Source: Squalus acanthias
Lineage: Eukaryota
DNA length: 64,000 bases
Reading direction: 5' to 3'
Assembly: GCA_030390025.1 (NCBI GenBank)
Contig: CM059432.1
Location: forward strand, 84,632,001 to 84,696,000
The notes under the pieces: generated by a model
Told to the model about the DNA's origin: nothing
Seen by the model: only the letters and a program-made list of their open reading frames with translations
Database searches by the model: none
Position numbers and translations under genes: made by a program
Shown here: positions 1-11,468 of the stretch, piece by piece
Layout: every line of letters starts with the position of its first letter
Numbering within the stretch: the stretch's first letter is position 1

Positions 1-244
1 GGTAAGGCAGGGGGCGCCACTCAATTTCCGCTCCGGGGCGCCACAAGGGCGTTGCACCATGGAATGACGTCACAATCTGCGCGCGCAGGTGGTCGCAGCG
101 GTAAAGTTTAGCGCCGCCGCACAATGTCCAGTTAAGTTCCCGAGCGGCGCAAACATCGCTGCGCCCGGGCACTAGCGGCTTTGCGCCCCATTAGTGCCCT
201 CTTAAGGCGCTAACGGGAGGCGCAACCAACTGAATTTTTACCCC
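1..244. mobile_element. Right part of a GC-rich Harbinger-type MITE interrupting the adjacent transposase
   Basis: Ends in GAATTTTTACCCC (reverse complement GGGGTAAAAATTC, like other Harbinger termini here) exactly where the transposase stops after the GDKG motif. The left end is outside the window. Confidence 0.5.
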
Positions 245-1027
245 CTTGTCTCCAAGCAGCCAGCCGGTAAGTCTGTTCAGAGTTGTGAAGAGCTGAGGGA
301 GGGTGGACTGGCGCAGGATGAATGAATCATGACAGCTCCCTGGGAATCTGGCATACACATGGATGATGATCTTTTTATGGTTGCAGACGAGTTGCACATT
401 GATGGAGTGGAAGCCCTTTTGGTTCACAAACATTCCTGGATTATCTGGGCCTTGATGGCCACATGTGTGCAGTCAATGATGCCTTGCACCTATGGGAAGC
501 CAGCCAGAGCTGCGAACCCGAGCGTACGCTCATTCTGACTGGCTTCATCAATGGCAAAATGTACATAAGTGCCTGCCTTGTCAAACATGGCATTGGTCAT
601 CTGAGTGTTGTATTTGTGGGCAGCCGACTGTGAAATCCTGAAAATATCTCCTGAAAATCCCTGGAAGGCGCCGAAGGTGAAGAAGTTGAGGGCGGTGGTC
701 ACTGGTAACGTGTGTCCACCAGGTCCACTTGGCAGCAGGTCTTCTTCCAGCAGGCTACAAATGTCTGCCATGACCTGACGCGATACCTGAGCCTCTTGAG
801 GTACTGGTATTCAGTCATGTCCAGGAAGCTGATCCTCTGCCTACATACCCTGTGTTGGGGGTACCACCTCCTGCAAGCTCCACCCCTCTGCTTATCCCCT
901 CGCTCCTGTGGAGCAGCAGGTTGGTGAGGAGAAGGCCGCTGCTGCTCCTACTGATGTTGTTGCTGCTGTTTCTCATCTTGGTCCTCATCTGAGGTCCAAG
1001 GTGAAACAGCATAAGATCCTTTCTCAT
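245..1027 (-). pseudogene. PIF/Harbinger (HARBI1-like) DDE transposase, decayed and truncated
   Basis: ORFs 490-771 and 191-433 contain [34 protein letters not shown] and WLLGDKG, collinear with the transposase at 26955-28196. Confidence 0.9.
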
Positions 1028-1029
1028 TA

Positions 1030-1323
1030 CTGTCCTTATGTCATCCTTTATTATCAGGGCTAACCCCCCTCCTTTCCATTCTGCCTGTCTTTTCGAAACA
1101 TCAAGTTCCCTGGAATATTTAGTTTCCCACCTTGGTCACCTTGCAATCACATCACTGTAATGGCTATTAGATCAAAACTATTTATCTCTATTTGTGCCAT
1201 TAGTTCATCTATCTTATTACGAATGCTTCATGCATTCAGATGAAGAGCCTTTAATTTTAACTTTTTACCATTATTCCCAGCTTTCACCTTATTCACTGAT
1301 GCACTATTACCGTTAAACTCTCT
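1030..1323 (-). mobile_element. CR1 LINE fragment (start of ORF2 AP endonuclease)
   Basis: Resembles the endonuclease N-terminal segment at 37080-37260 and, inverted, 23250-23460. Confidence 0.6.
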
Positions 1324-2485
1324 GGGGGCGAAACTCGGTACCTTAGCACCTCCAGTTAGTGCCTGGCGGGGGCACTAATGGGGTGCTGAGGCAGTAGCGC
1401 TGCGGCGAGGCAAATCCAGCACTGCACGCCAAATTTGGCCCCCCTCCCGCCCCGTAGCAACGCCTCTACGAGTTAACGCTGGTCACTTCAGTGCCAGGCA
1501 GATCGGGATGTCAGTGAGTGTGCAATGCTCACTGTGCGCCCGATCTGCCAAATTGAGTATCGCCCCCTGCCTTAGCGCCTCACCCCGACAGCAACAGGGA
1601 GAGGAGGCATGAAGCAGTTGGTAGCCGGCTCCAGGGGCGCTACTTAAAGGGAGCATTAGTAATGAGTCGCAGTTGTCAGGTTTGTGCAGTTCCACTGCTT
1701 CCTTGTCAGTTTGAGATAGTTCAAGAGTTGAATTCAGTCATTCAAAGGTTGTTTAGTCTCCGGAGTGTTGCGGCTTCTAAAAATTAGTTACATTTATTCT
1801 CACAAAATATGGAAGTGCTGCACTTCCTTATATTAATGGGGGCTGTACTGGCAGTCGACCTCACCCTCCAGGATCTACTATGGAGGGAGTGGAGGCAGCG
1901 AGAAAGATTGGAACATGTGGCCAGAGGGAGGAAGAGGGCCATCAGGGCTGTCAACAGGAGGCCTTACCCTCCGAGGGTATTCCGACAGCCATTCTCCTAC
2001 CGCCAATTAAGCCAGGAGCAGTGTCGTAGTAGGCTCCGCTTCAGCAAGGAGGTGGTCACAGAACTCTGCCAACTCCTGCAACCAGACCTCGAGCCTCAGA
2101 TCAGGATGAGGACGGCTCTCTCAGTGGCAGTCAAGGTCACCGTCGCCCTCAATTTCTTCGCCAGCAGATCCTTTCACTCTGCAACGTGAGATATAGGTAA
2201 CATCTCGCAGTTGATCGTCCATTGCTGTATCCGGGAGGTCACAAAGGCTCTCTACAGTGGGAGAAGGGACTACATTTCCTTCCCCATCACCAGAGAGAAG
2301 CAGGACGAGCATGCATGTGACTTTGCCAGGATAGCGAGGTTCCCTACAGTGCAGGGGGCCATTGGCTGCACCCACGTGGCTTTGTGGGCACCGCATAACA
2401 ATCCTGAGATCTTCCATAACTGCAAAGGCTACAACTTACTTAATGTGCAGTTGGTATGCGACCACAGACAGCTAATCTTCAATGT
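1324..2485 (+). mobile_element. Harbinger left end plus 5' part of a transposase pseudogene (about 1809-2485)
   Basis: Starts GGGGGCGAAACTCGG. ORFs give RRPYPPRVFR, LRFSKE, VKVTVALNFFA, FPTVQGAIGCTHV and KGYNLLNVQLVCD. Truncated by the Penelope element. Confidence 0.85.
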
Positions 2486-2959
2486 GAAATAACAACAGAA
2501 AATGCTGGAAACATTCAGCAGGCCAGGCAGCATCCGTGGAGAAAGAAACAGAGAACACGTTTCAGGTCTGTGACCCTTCGTCAGAACTGGTAAAAGTTGG
2601 AGATGTAACAGGTTTTAAGCAGGTGCAGAGGCAGGGAAAGTGGGGGGGAGGGGAGGAAGGAACTGAAGGGACAGTCTGTGCTAGGATTGAAGGCAGGAGA
2701 GATTAAATGTTGCAAATGGGGATGGCAGAATCATCAACAGCTGTTGCCTGAAAAAATGGGGGGTATATAGTCTGAAATTGTTGAACTCAATGTTGAGTCC
2801 AGAAGGCTCTAAAGTGTCTAATCAAAAGATGAGGTGCTGTTCCTCGAGCTTACGTTGAGCTACATTGGAACAATGTAATAGGCCGAGGATGGTGAGGTCA
2901 AAGTGGGAGTGGAGCGGAGAATTAAAGGGACAAGCGACTGGAAGCTCGGGGTCACCCTT

Positions 2960-5390
2960 ACAGACTGAATGGAGGTGTTCCGCAAAGCAGTCACCCAATC
3001 TGCGTTTGGTCTCCCCAATGTAGAGGAGACCACATCATGAGCAACGAATACAGTATACTAGATTGCAAGAAGTACAAGTAAATCGCTGTTTCACCTGGAA
3101 GGTGTGTTTGGGGCCCTGGACAGTGGGAAGGGAGGAGGTAAAAGGGCAGGTGTTGCATCTCCTGCGCTTGCACGGGAAGGTGCCGTGGGGAGGGGAGGGG
3201 CTGTTGGGGGCGATTGAGGAGTGGACCAGGGTGTTGCGGAGGGAGCGGTCCCTTCGGAATGCTGAAAGGAGAGGGGAGGATAAGATGCGTTTGGTGGTGG
3301 GATCATGTTGGAGGTGGCAGAAATGGCAGAGGATGATCTGTTGAGTGTGGAGGCTGGTGGGGTGAAAGGTGAGGACAAGGGGAACCCTATTGTGGTTCTG
3401 GGAGGGAGAAGGGGTGAAAGCATAAGTGCGGGAAATGAAACGGACATGGTCGAGGGCCATGCCAACCACGGTAGAGGGGAATCCTCGGTTGAGGAAAAAG
3501 GAAGACATATCGGAAGCACTGGTATGGAAAATGGCATCGTCAGAACAGATGCGGCGGAGACGGAGAAACTGGGAGAATGGAATAGAGTCCTTACAGGAAG
3601 TGGGGTGGGAGGAAGTGTAGTCCAGGTAGCTGTGGGAGTCAGTGGGCTTGTAGTGGATGTTTTTCGATTGCCTATCGCCAGAAATGGGGACAGAGAAGTC
3701 AAGGAAGGGAAGAGAAGAGTCGGAGATGGAACATGTGAAGGTGAGGGAAGGGTGGAAATTGGAAGCAAAGTGAATGAAATGTTCTAGTTCAGGGCGAGAG
3801 CAGGAAACGGCACCAATACAGTCATCAATGTACCGGAAAAAGAGGTGAGGGAGGGGACTTGAGTAGGACTGGAACAAAGAATGTTCCACATATCCCACGA
3901 AAAGGCAGGCATAGCTAGGGCCCATGAGGGTTCCCATAACAACACTTTTAATTTGGAGGAAGTGAGTGGAGTCAAAGGAGAAGTTGTTCAATGTGAGAAC
4001 AAGTTCAGCCAGGTGGAGGACGCTGGTGGTGGATGGGGACTGGTTGGGCCTCTGTTCAAGGAAGAAGCGGAGCGTCCTCAGGCCGTCCTGGTGGGGGATG
4101 GCGGTGTAGAGGGATTGGATGTCCATAGTGAAAAGGAGACGGTTGGGGCCAGGAGACTGTTAAAGTGGCGGAGGGCGTCGGAAGAGTCACGGATGTAGGT
4201 GGGAAGAGACTGGACAAGGGGAGAAAAAATGGAGCCGAGATAGGAAGAAATCAGTTCTGTGGGGTAAGAACAGGCTGAAACGATGGGTCTACCGGGGCAG
4301 CCCTGTTTGTGGTTCTTGGGAAGGAGGTAGAAGCGGGCTGTGCGGGATTTGGCGACTATGAGGTTGACAGCCATGGAGGGAAGATCTCCAAAGGAGATGA
4401 GGTCAGTGACAGTCTTGGAAACAATGGCTTGATGTTTGGTAGTGGGGTCATGGTCCAGGGGGAGGTAGGAGGAGATGTCAGAGAGTTGGCGTTCAGCCTC
4501 CACACGGTAGAGGTCGGTTCACCAGTCAACAACGGCATCACCCTTGTCAGCAGGTTTAATGATAATGTTGGGGTTGGATCAGAGAGAACGGAGTGCTGCA
4601 AGTTCAGAGGGAGGTAGGTTGGAGTGAGTGAGGGGAGCAGAGAAATTGAGACGGCCGATGTCACGCCGGCAATTAGCAATGAAAAGATCTAGAGAGGTTA
4701 AGAGGCCAGAGGAAGGGGTCCAGGTCGAATGAGAATTCTGAAAGCAGGAGAAAGGGTCAGCCGTGCGGGGGGAAGACTCCTGGCCAAAGAAGTGCCGAGA
4801 TCGAAATTCATTGAGATGGGTCGTAAGGGGATGAAGCTCAGGCATTTGCTGAGGACTGATCGTTCGGGGTCAGAGAGGGGAAGGTCAGAGGGGATAGTGA
4901 AAACACGGCAGGGGGTGAGACTGGAAGAAGGGATAGGGTCAAAGGAAAGTGAAGGGGAAGAAGGCTCCGGAGGGGCGTTGGTGTCCAAGAGATGCCGAAG
5001 CTTGCGATCCTTGACATCTGAAAGGAAGAAAAAAAGTTTTTTGTTGAAGCACCGGATGAGTCAAAGGATGAAATGGAACTGTGGACCAGGACAGCTTTGA
5101 GATAGAGTGCGTCGGTGCTGTTGAAGAGAGAGGTCAAGAGTGTACATGTGGCGGCGTATTGCGTTGAGCGTAGATCTCAGGATGCAGCGAGAGCAGCAGC
5201 TCGAGGAACGCTGAATATCTTGGAGATATTTGTAACACTGGGTGGATCCGAAACACGAGAGGTGGAATTTCAGTTGGAATCCACGTGGAATAAGTCGGAA
5301 CCGGAGACAGTTGCTGAGGAAAGAGATGTGGCTGTGAAAACGAGTCTTGGGAGATATCTGATCAAACACGAGAAGGGAAACCGAAAGCAA
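2960..5390 (-). pseudogene. Penelope RT/GIY-YIG endonuclease ORF, frameshifted
   Basis: FYLLPKNHK, GRPIVS, MDIQSLYT, MGPSYAC, FFRYIDD, FLD, Cys linker CKRRRCNTC, then NLVYCIRC..LYIGET. Confidence 0.92.
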
Positions 5391-5586
5391 TGAAGATGAA
5401 CAAACCGAGATCTCTTCGGAGAGAAGAGCAGAACTTCTTCAAGGTGGGCATTCCTAGAAGAGAAGTGGCAGTGAACCAAACACGAATACATTAGCTAAAT
5501 ACAGCGGATGCTGGAAATCTGAAATAACAACAGAAAATGCTGGAAACACTCAGCAGGCCAGGCAGCATCCGTGGAGAGAGAAACAG

Positions 5587-5623
5587 AGTTAACGTTTCAG
5601 GTCTGTGACCCTTCGTCAGAACT
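5587..5623 (-). ncRNA. Minimal type I hammerhead ribozyme in the Penelope pseudo-LTR
   Basis: Minus strand reads AGTT-CTGACGA-AGGGTC ACA GACCT-GAAACGTT-AACT: conserved cores, stem I AGTT/AACT, stem II, and a palindromic ACGT stem III. Confidence 0.7.
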
Positions 5624-6131
5624 GGAAAAAGCTGGAGATGTAACAGGTTTTAAGCAGGTGCAGAGGCAGGGAAAGAGGGGGGAGGGGAGGAAGGAACTGA
5701 AGGGACAGTCTGTGCTAGGATTGAAGGCAGGAGAGATTAAATGTTGCAAATGGGGATGGCAGAATCATCAACAGCTGCCGCCTGAAAAAATGGGGGGGTT
5801 TATAGTCTGAAATTGTTGAACTCAATGTTGAGTCCAGAAGGCTGTAAAGTGCCTAATCGAAAGATGAGGTACTGTTCCTCAAGCTTACGTTGAGCTTCAT
5901 TGGAACAGTGTAAGAGGCCGAGGACAGAGACTATAAACACCCTCATTTTTTCAGGCGGCAGCTGTTGATGATTCTACCATCCCCATTTGCAACATTTAAT
6001 CTCTCCTGCCTTCAATCCTAGCACAGACTGTCCCTTCCGTTCCTTCCTCCCCTTCCCCCCGCCTTTCCCTGCCTCTGCACCTGCTTAAAACAGAGAAACT
6101 GGAGAAAGATGTGAGTTCAGCACTTGGGCAG

Positions 6132-6874
6132 TGTCGAAGTTTTGACTTCTGAGTAAGACTCTTGAAACAATATCATCAAAGAAGGCTTTATGATTTACTT
6201 TACTTGCAAGGAGAATGCAACCGTAGCCAAATAGCTACGATGACACACTGAAAAATCACAGAAAATTGAATATTCTTATACACTGATAATACAAGCTTTC
6301 CATATCACATGACATGTTGTTTAAGGTAAGCTAAGTTAAAAGTTAAAAAAACATAAGAAATGCCTTACGATGAGACTAGCTAATCTCTACAAAATAGAGT
6401 CTATAGGGCTGGATTTTGAATGACCCATGGAGTCGGGTTTGGAGGCGTGTGGGGGGTTAAATTTGCGGGGTCGGGGTTTCCGACCCCATCCCGACTCCAT
6501 CCCGCCTCCACGCAATTTTGACATAATCAGTCGCGGGGTTCCCGATTCCGTCCCGCCTCCAAGAGGCGGGAGCGGCCATTAAAGCCCTTAACAAGCTCTA
6601 AATTGGCTCTGTAATGCGATTTTGAAACGCTGTAGCTAGTTTAACCTTCTTCTGACGTGAAGCACGCCTGGTGTGAAACACTCCAGTGAAACCTGACGGG
6701 AGCACTTGTGCATAGGTGACTTTCGGCTGCAAGTGCACTATTACAACGGAGATGTGATGTGATGAAGGTGGTAGTGGTGCTAGTAGTATTAGGTCTGAAC
6801 ATTGCCTCTGATGCTGCTGCATTGAATGTCTTAAGAGACTGCCTGGGACGACTTACTTTACTTGGGGAAAAAAG

Positions 6875-6907
<33 letters not shown>

Positions 6908-7449
6908 CCCTCCCCCCCCCCCCCATTCCAGGTCCACTCACATCATAAGCCAGGCAACCCCTCTCTCACCAACAGTCTCTGAGACTAGGCAGTCAGTACT
7001 GATGACATCATCAGAGGCGGGTTTCAGACTGAAAACACTAATTAGATCATGGGTTCCCACATGCTCCAATTTAATTGCCCAATTAAGTGAAAATTGCATC
7101 AGGCACCCACATTAATCTGGAGTCGGGGGGGAAACACGAAATGCGGATTACACGACCCCAACCCGACCCCAAGACAAAATCCAGCCCATATCTGTTCTTC
7201 TCCCACCAAGGCCAAGGCGCCTGGCTGTTTACTTCACTAGTTCTTGGTTATCTCAAGTTGATTAGAAGAAGCCTTTTTTTCTCTGTGCTAGCAGACTTTG
7301 CTGACAGCATAGTCTGCAAGTTTAAATTCATCTTCATGAGAAACATAACAACTTTATCTTTTTTGCCAAACAAGTCAGAGTCGGCCATTTTGTATCATTC
7401 TTTGTCTCAAGGAAGCCATTTTGTCCGAGACAAAAACTGCACTTCCACA
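6132..7449 (-). mobile_element. Solo LTR (about 530 bp without the nested MITE)
   Basis: Termini TGTCGAAGT...ACTTCCACA (TG..CA, 8/9 inverted match), 4-bp TSD GCAG on both sides, and TATA-like and AGTAAA signals on the minus strand. Confidence 0.75.
6406..7187. mobile_element. Harbinger MITE (782 bp), family A
   Basis: Perfect 13-bp TIR GGGCTGGATTTTG and 3-bp TSD ATA. Both ends are homologous to the ends of the 24416-28722 element. Confidence 0.9.
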
Positions 7450-8351
7450 GCAGGGGGGAACCTTGGAGGAAGTTTGGCCCAGTGGGCTAGGGGAAGTAAG
7501 GGAAGTGGCAGAGGCAGCTGAACGGATGGTCTCAATCTTAGAGACAAAGAAGTCCATGAGCTCCTCACACTTGTTATCGGAGGTGAGGTTAGAGGAGACA
7601 GGGGAGAGGGGTTTAAGAAGATGGTTAGCAGTAGAGAATAGGAGCCGGGGTTTATCTTTGCATTCCAGAATGATTCTGGAATAGTGAGCAATTTTGGCAG
7701 ACGAGAGCAGAACCAGATAATACTTTATGTGGTCCAGCCAGATGTGGCGCTGAATGGCTAAACCAGTTGTCCACCATATCCGTTCAAGTCTGCGTCCCTT
7801 GGACTTAAGGGAGTGAAGATGAGAGCTGTACCAGGGGGAACGGCCAGGGTGAGAGAGGGTAGGGACTAGGGCATCAAAGGTGGAGGTGAGGGTGTGTTTG
7901 AGCAGATCGGTAGCTGCAGAAATGTCATGGTAAATGGAAGGCCAGATGCTGGACAGTTGGGATTTCATAAGTGCAGTTGTAAGAGAGTTGGGAGAGAGTT
8001 TTTTTCCAGGGGTGGACACAGAAGGAAGTAGGGTTGTGGGGGCGGGGGGGGGGCGGCGGGGATGGGTGGTGGAAGGGGGATGTGGGTGGAGAGCAATATG
8101 AGGAAATGGTTAGAGATGGCCTTATCTGCAATTGACACGATGGGAGTAGCGAGGCCACAAGAGACGGCAAGGTCGAGGGGATGGCTGTGAATATGGGTTG
8201 GGGTGTTTACATGGAGGGAGAGATTAAGGGAGGATAGGAGGCTAGTGAACTCAGAGGAGAGAGAGCATGATGAATTGAGACTTAAGACTTGTTTTCAGAC
8301 AGAGAAATCTAAGAGCAGAAGACTTCAATTATGAAGAGTTATGCTAAGTTA

Positions 8352-8416
8352 ATGGGCTGGGAAATAAATGCTGGCTTTGCCAGCGACGCCCACATCCAAT
8401 GAATGAATAATAAAAA
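8352..8416 (+). mobile_element. Isolated LINE 3' tail
   Basis: AATAAATGCTGGC.TTGCCAGCGACGCCCACATCC..TGAA matches 32155-32215. Confidence 0.7.
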
Positions 8417-8444
8417 GTAGTGGTCATTAGTTTCCATTAGTTGG

Positions 8445-9080
8445 CTAGACAGGGACAAATTTAAGATAATCACAAAAAGAATTACAGGGGAGTTTAGAAA
8501 AACTTTCTTTATACAGGGAACAATTAGAATCTGGAATTTTCTGCCACAAACTGGTTTTGAAGCAGAACCTATAAATTTGTTTAAAAGGGAATTAGCTGCT
8601 TGGAAAAAGGTAATATTTAAGAGATTGGGGAGCGCACAGGAGAGTGGGATTCAACAGTGGAGAAAAACACTGGGATTCCAAAAGTACAGAATAGGACAAA
8701 AAGAGGTTAAATTGCTAGTTTGTAAATGGGGAATTACTTGTTATAGAGAGAGAGATATTGACTTGCTGAGTAGAACAGAAGCAATTTGGGTACACGTGGA
8801 TCAAGCTATTGGTCCAAAATTGTTCATTTGTACCTGTTATAACCCTTCAGGTAAAAGGAGCCCATCAGTATGTGGCATCAGTGTTTACTACTAAAGATGA
8901 TACTGAGTGACCAGTGCTGCTGCATAGAGGCGATGCTAAAATTGAATATGTAGAAATAGATGAAAAAATAGTTCTGGGCTGGATGGCATTCACATTAGGG
9001 TGCTGAAAGAAATGTCTGATATTTTGAACAGATCACTGCGGTCTGGGATAGTTCCCATGGACTAGAAAATGACCCATGTG
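8445..9080 (+). mobile_element. Highly decayed CR1 LINE fragments
   Basis: Degenerate CR1 C-terminal (TRG..KI..RK.FF.Q..W) and ORF2 remnants with many stops. Confidence 0.45.
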
Positions 9081-9090
9081 GTACGTACAG

Positions 9091-10266
9091 TGTCAGCAGT
9101 GGCTCAGTTGGTAGAACTCTCATCTGAGTTAGAAGGTTGTGCGTACAAAATCTCGGCTGACACTTCAGTGTAGTAATGAGGGAGCAGTGCAATGTTGGGT
9201 GAGACGTTAAACTAAGGCCCCATCTGGTCTCTTAGATCGATGTAAAAGATCCCATGGCACTATTCGAAGAAGAGCAGGAGACTTCTCCCACTGACATGGC
9301 CAATATTTATTCCTCAACCAAAATCACTGGAAAAACAGATTACCTGGTCATTGGGCCAAAAATTCGGCCGAATACGGGAGAGTACCCACTGCGTACTCAC
9401 CCGTATTCGTTCCCGAAGTGCCGGTTTCCTGCATGCAGGGGAAACCGGCACTTCCGGTATGGCGAAGGGGGCGGTTCCTAGGTGAACCGCATGCGCACTA
9501 GAGGCTGCGCGCACGCAGCACACTTAGGTTTTTTTTCAGGTTTCAACGCGAGGGTAAGTATGGAAGATTTTACACAAGTAAAAAGGAGGCGTAAGACCCC
9601 TTTTGAACAAGGTAAGTAGTTAATTAAGTATAATTTTAAATTTTTTTCAACAGGTTTATCTTTTTTAGAGACTTTAAAGAAAGGTAAGTTTATTTTTATA
9701 ACTTTTAAAAAGAATTTAAATTTTTTCAAAAATTTAAATTTTCGTTGAAAGTGGTTAATTTATTTAACTATAGTTATTTTATTAATGTGATGTTTTTTTT
9801 TTTAATTTATTTGAGGTTTAGCTGTTCTTTTGGGGCCGATTTCAATTCACAGATTTGACAGGTCTCCTGTCAAATCTATGAATGAAAGATGGTCTGCTGC
9901 CATTGGCTCTCCGTGGCCCACGTGATCCCAGGAGTCGCATCGCACTAACTGCGCTCCTGGGACACGCAAGCACTGCGCACCGGCACTAGGGAGAGGCCCA
10001 GGACCTGAAGTTCCTGTGGGCCCGAAACACAATGGCAGGCGCGGTGGGTAAGAGCGCGCGCGATCCTTACCCCTGCGGCAAGCTGGCCACCCGAATTTCT
10101 AGGCCATTATCTCATTGCTGTTTGTGGGACCGTGCTGTGCACGAATTGGTTGCCATGTTTCCTACATTACAACAGTGACTGCACTTTAATATGTACTTCA
10201 TTGACTGTGAAGTGCTTTGGGACATCCTGAGGTTGGGAAAGGCGCTCTATAAATGCAAGTCTTTCA
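9091..10266 (+). mobile_element. tRNA-head Deu-domain SINE (SacSINE1-like), split by a MITE
   Basis: A-box GTGGCTCAGTTGG head. The body resumes after 10108 (ATCTCATTGCTGTTTGTGGG) and ends ATAAATGCAAGTCTTTC. Collinear with 44436-44866. Confidence 0.8.
9353..10105. mobile_element. Harbinger-type MITE (753 bp), family B
   Basis: TIR GGGCCAAAAATTCGG / CCGAATTTCTAGGCC, TSD ATT, GC-rich arms around an AT-rich core. Confidence 0.85.
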
Positions 10267-10574
10267 AGTCTTTTTTTTCTTTCTATATTTAAAAAGGGCA
10301 TTAAGTCAGAAACAGGAAATTATTGGTCAATAGTTTAACAAATTGCTAGAATATGTTATTAAAGATTTGTTGTACGATAATCTAGAAAGAGTAGAGGCTA
10401 TTAGGGGATCCCAGCGTGGCTTCGGGAAAAGGAAATCCTATCTCACCTACTTGATAGAATGTAGTTGTTAATGATAGCAGCTCCATGTGAGAACTGGTCA
10501 CTAGTTTTATGTTGGGTCCTTTGTTTTTCACCATCTTTATTAATGACCTGGATCAAGGCATTGGGAGAACCGTC

Positions 10575-11165
10575 CAAAAATCCCACAGGAAAAGTGGTCC
10601 AACCGTGGCCAACAAGAGAAGTTAAAGATAGTATTAGATCAAAGGAAGAGGCTTATAACGTTGCCAAAAAGAGCAGTAAGCCTGAGGATTGGGAGGATTT
10701 TACATTTTCAGCAAAGGAGGGCCAAGAAATTGATAAAGAAAGGGAAAACAGAATATGAGAGTAAACTAGCGAGAGACATAAAAGCAGACTGTAAAAGCTT
10801 CTATAGGTAAGTAAAAAGGAAAAGATTAGCGAAAGTAAATGTGGGTCCCTTACAGGCTGAGACAGGAGAAATTATAATAGGGAATAAGGAAATGGCAGTG
10901 AAATTAAACAAATACTTTGTATCTGTCTTCACGGAAGAAGATGCAAAAAACCTCTCGGAAATAGTGGAGAACCAAGGGTCTAGCAAGAATGAGGAACTGA
11001 AAGAAATTAGCATGAGTAAAAAAATAGTACTGGAGAAATTAATGGGACTGAAAGCCAATAAATCCCCTGGACATGATGGCCTACATCCGAGGGGTTTGAA
11101 GGAGGTGGCTGTAGAGATAATGGATGCATTGGTTGTCATCTTCCAAAATTCCATAGATTCTAGAA
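10575..11165 (+). mobile_element. CR1 LINE ORF2 fragment
   Basis: VGPL..ETGE, LNKYFVSVFTEED, KSPGHDGLHPRGLKEVA, IFQNS. Confidence 0.85.
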
Positions 11166-11468
11166 AAGATCCTGTCCTGCACATGAAAGATATCTGGAGT
11201 TATAGAAGATAGGTGGTGATATCAGTTATTGCAGTTTCCTGGAGCTTGTCTGATAGCCTTTGAGGGCCGGAGAGGAGTTTCCCAGAGTTTCTTGTTTTAA
11301 ATTGGCATAAGGTTTATTCCTGTGTTTTTTCTGCCTCTCCCAGAATATTGTGTGACTGTGGAGGGGGTAGAGGGTTGTGAGGGTGGGGATGATGATGAAT
11401 GTAGGTCGCACCATGCTGGAAAGCGACAGGCCTGATGAACTAGCTGATCTTTTCCTCTCGTTTTTAAT

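Larger units (their letters stand above)
2485..6090 (-). mobile_element. Penelope-like retroelement (Neptune-type) with pseudo-LTRs and inverted terminal segment
   Basis: RT plus GIY-YIG ORF flanked by about 410-bp direct repeats (about 2485-2897 and 5520-5930). 5931-6090 is an inverted copy of about 5647-5806. Confidence 0.9.
6090..8280 (-). mobile_element. L2-clade LINE ORF2 fragment (6090-6131 plus 7450-8280), split by a solo LTR
   Basis: ORF 7375-8019 (SPWY..LKSKGRRLER.W..AHYSRII..LFSTAN.L..DFFVSKIETIR). The frame rejoins across the insertion as KVPPC|PSAELTSFSSFS. Confidence 0.75.

Noticed and set aside
2485..5930. LTR retrotransposon or ERV suggested by the direct repeats
   Set aside because: No TG..CA termini, gag or integrase; RT with GIY-YIG identifies Penelope pseudo-LTRs.
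9091..9160. tRNA gene (also 44810-44866)
   Set aside because: Only SINE heads with A/B boxes; no cloverleaf, and each is followed by the SINE body.
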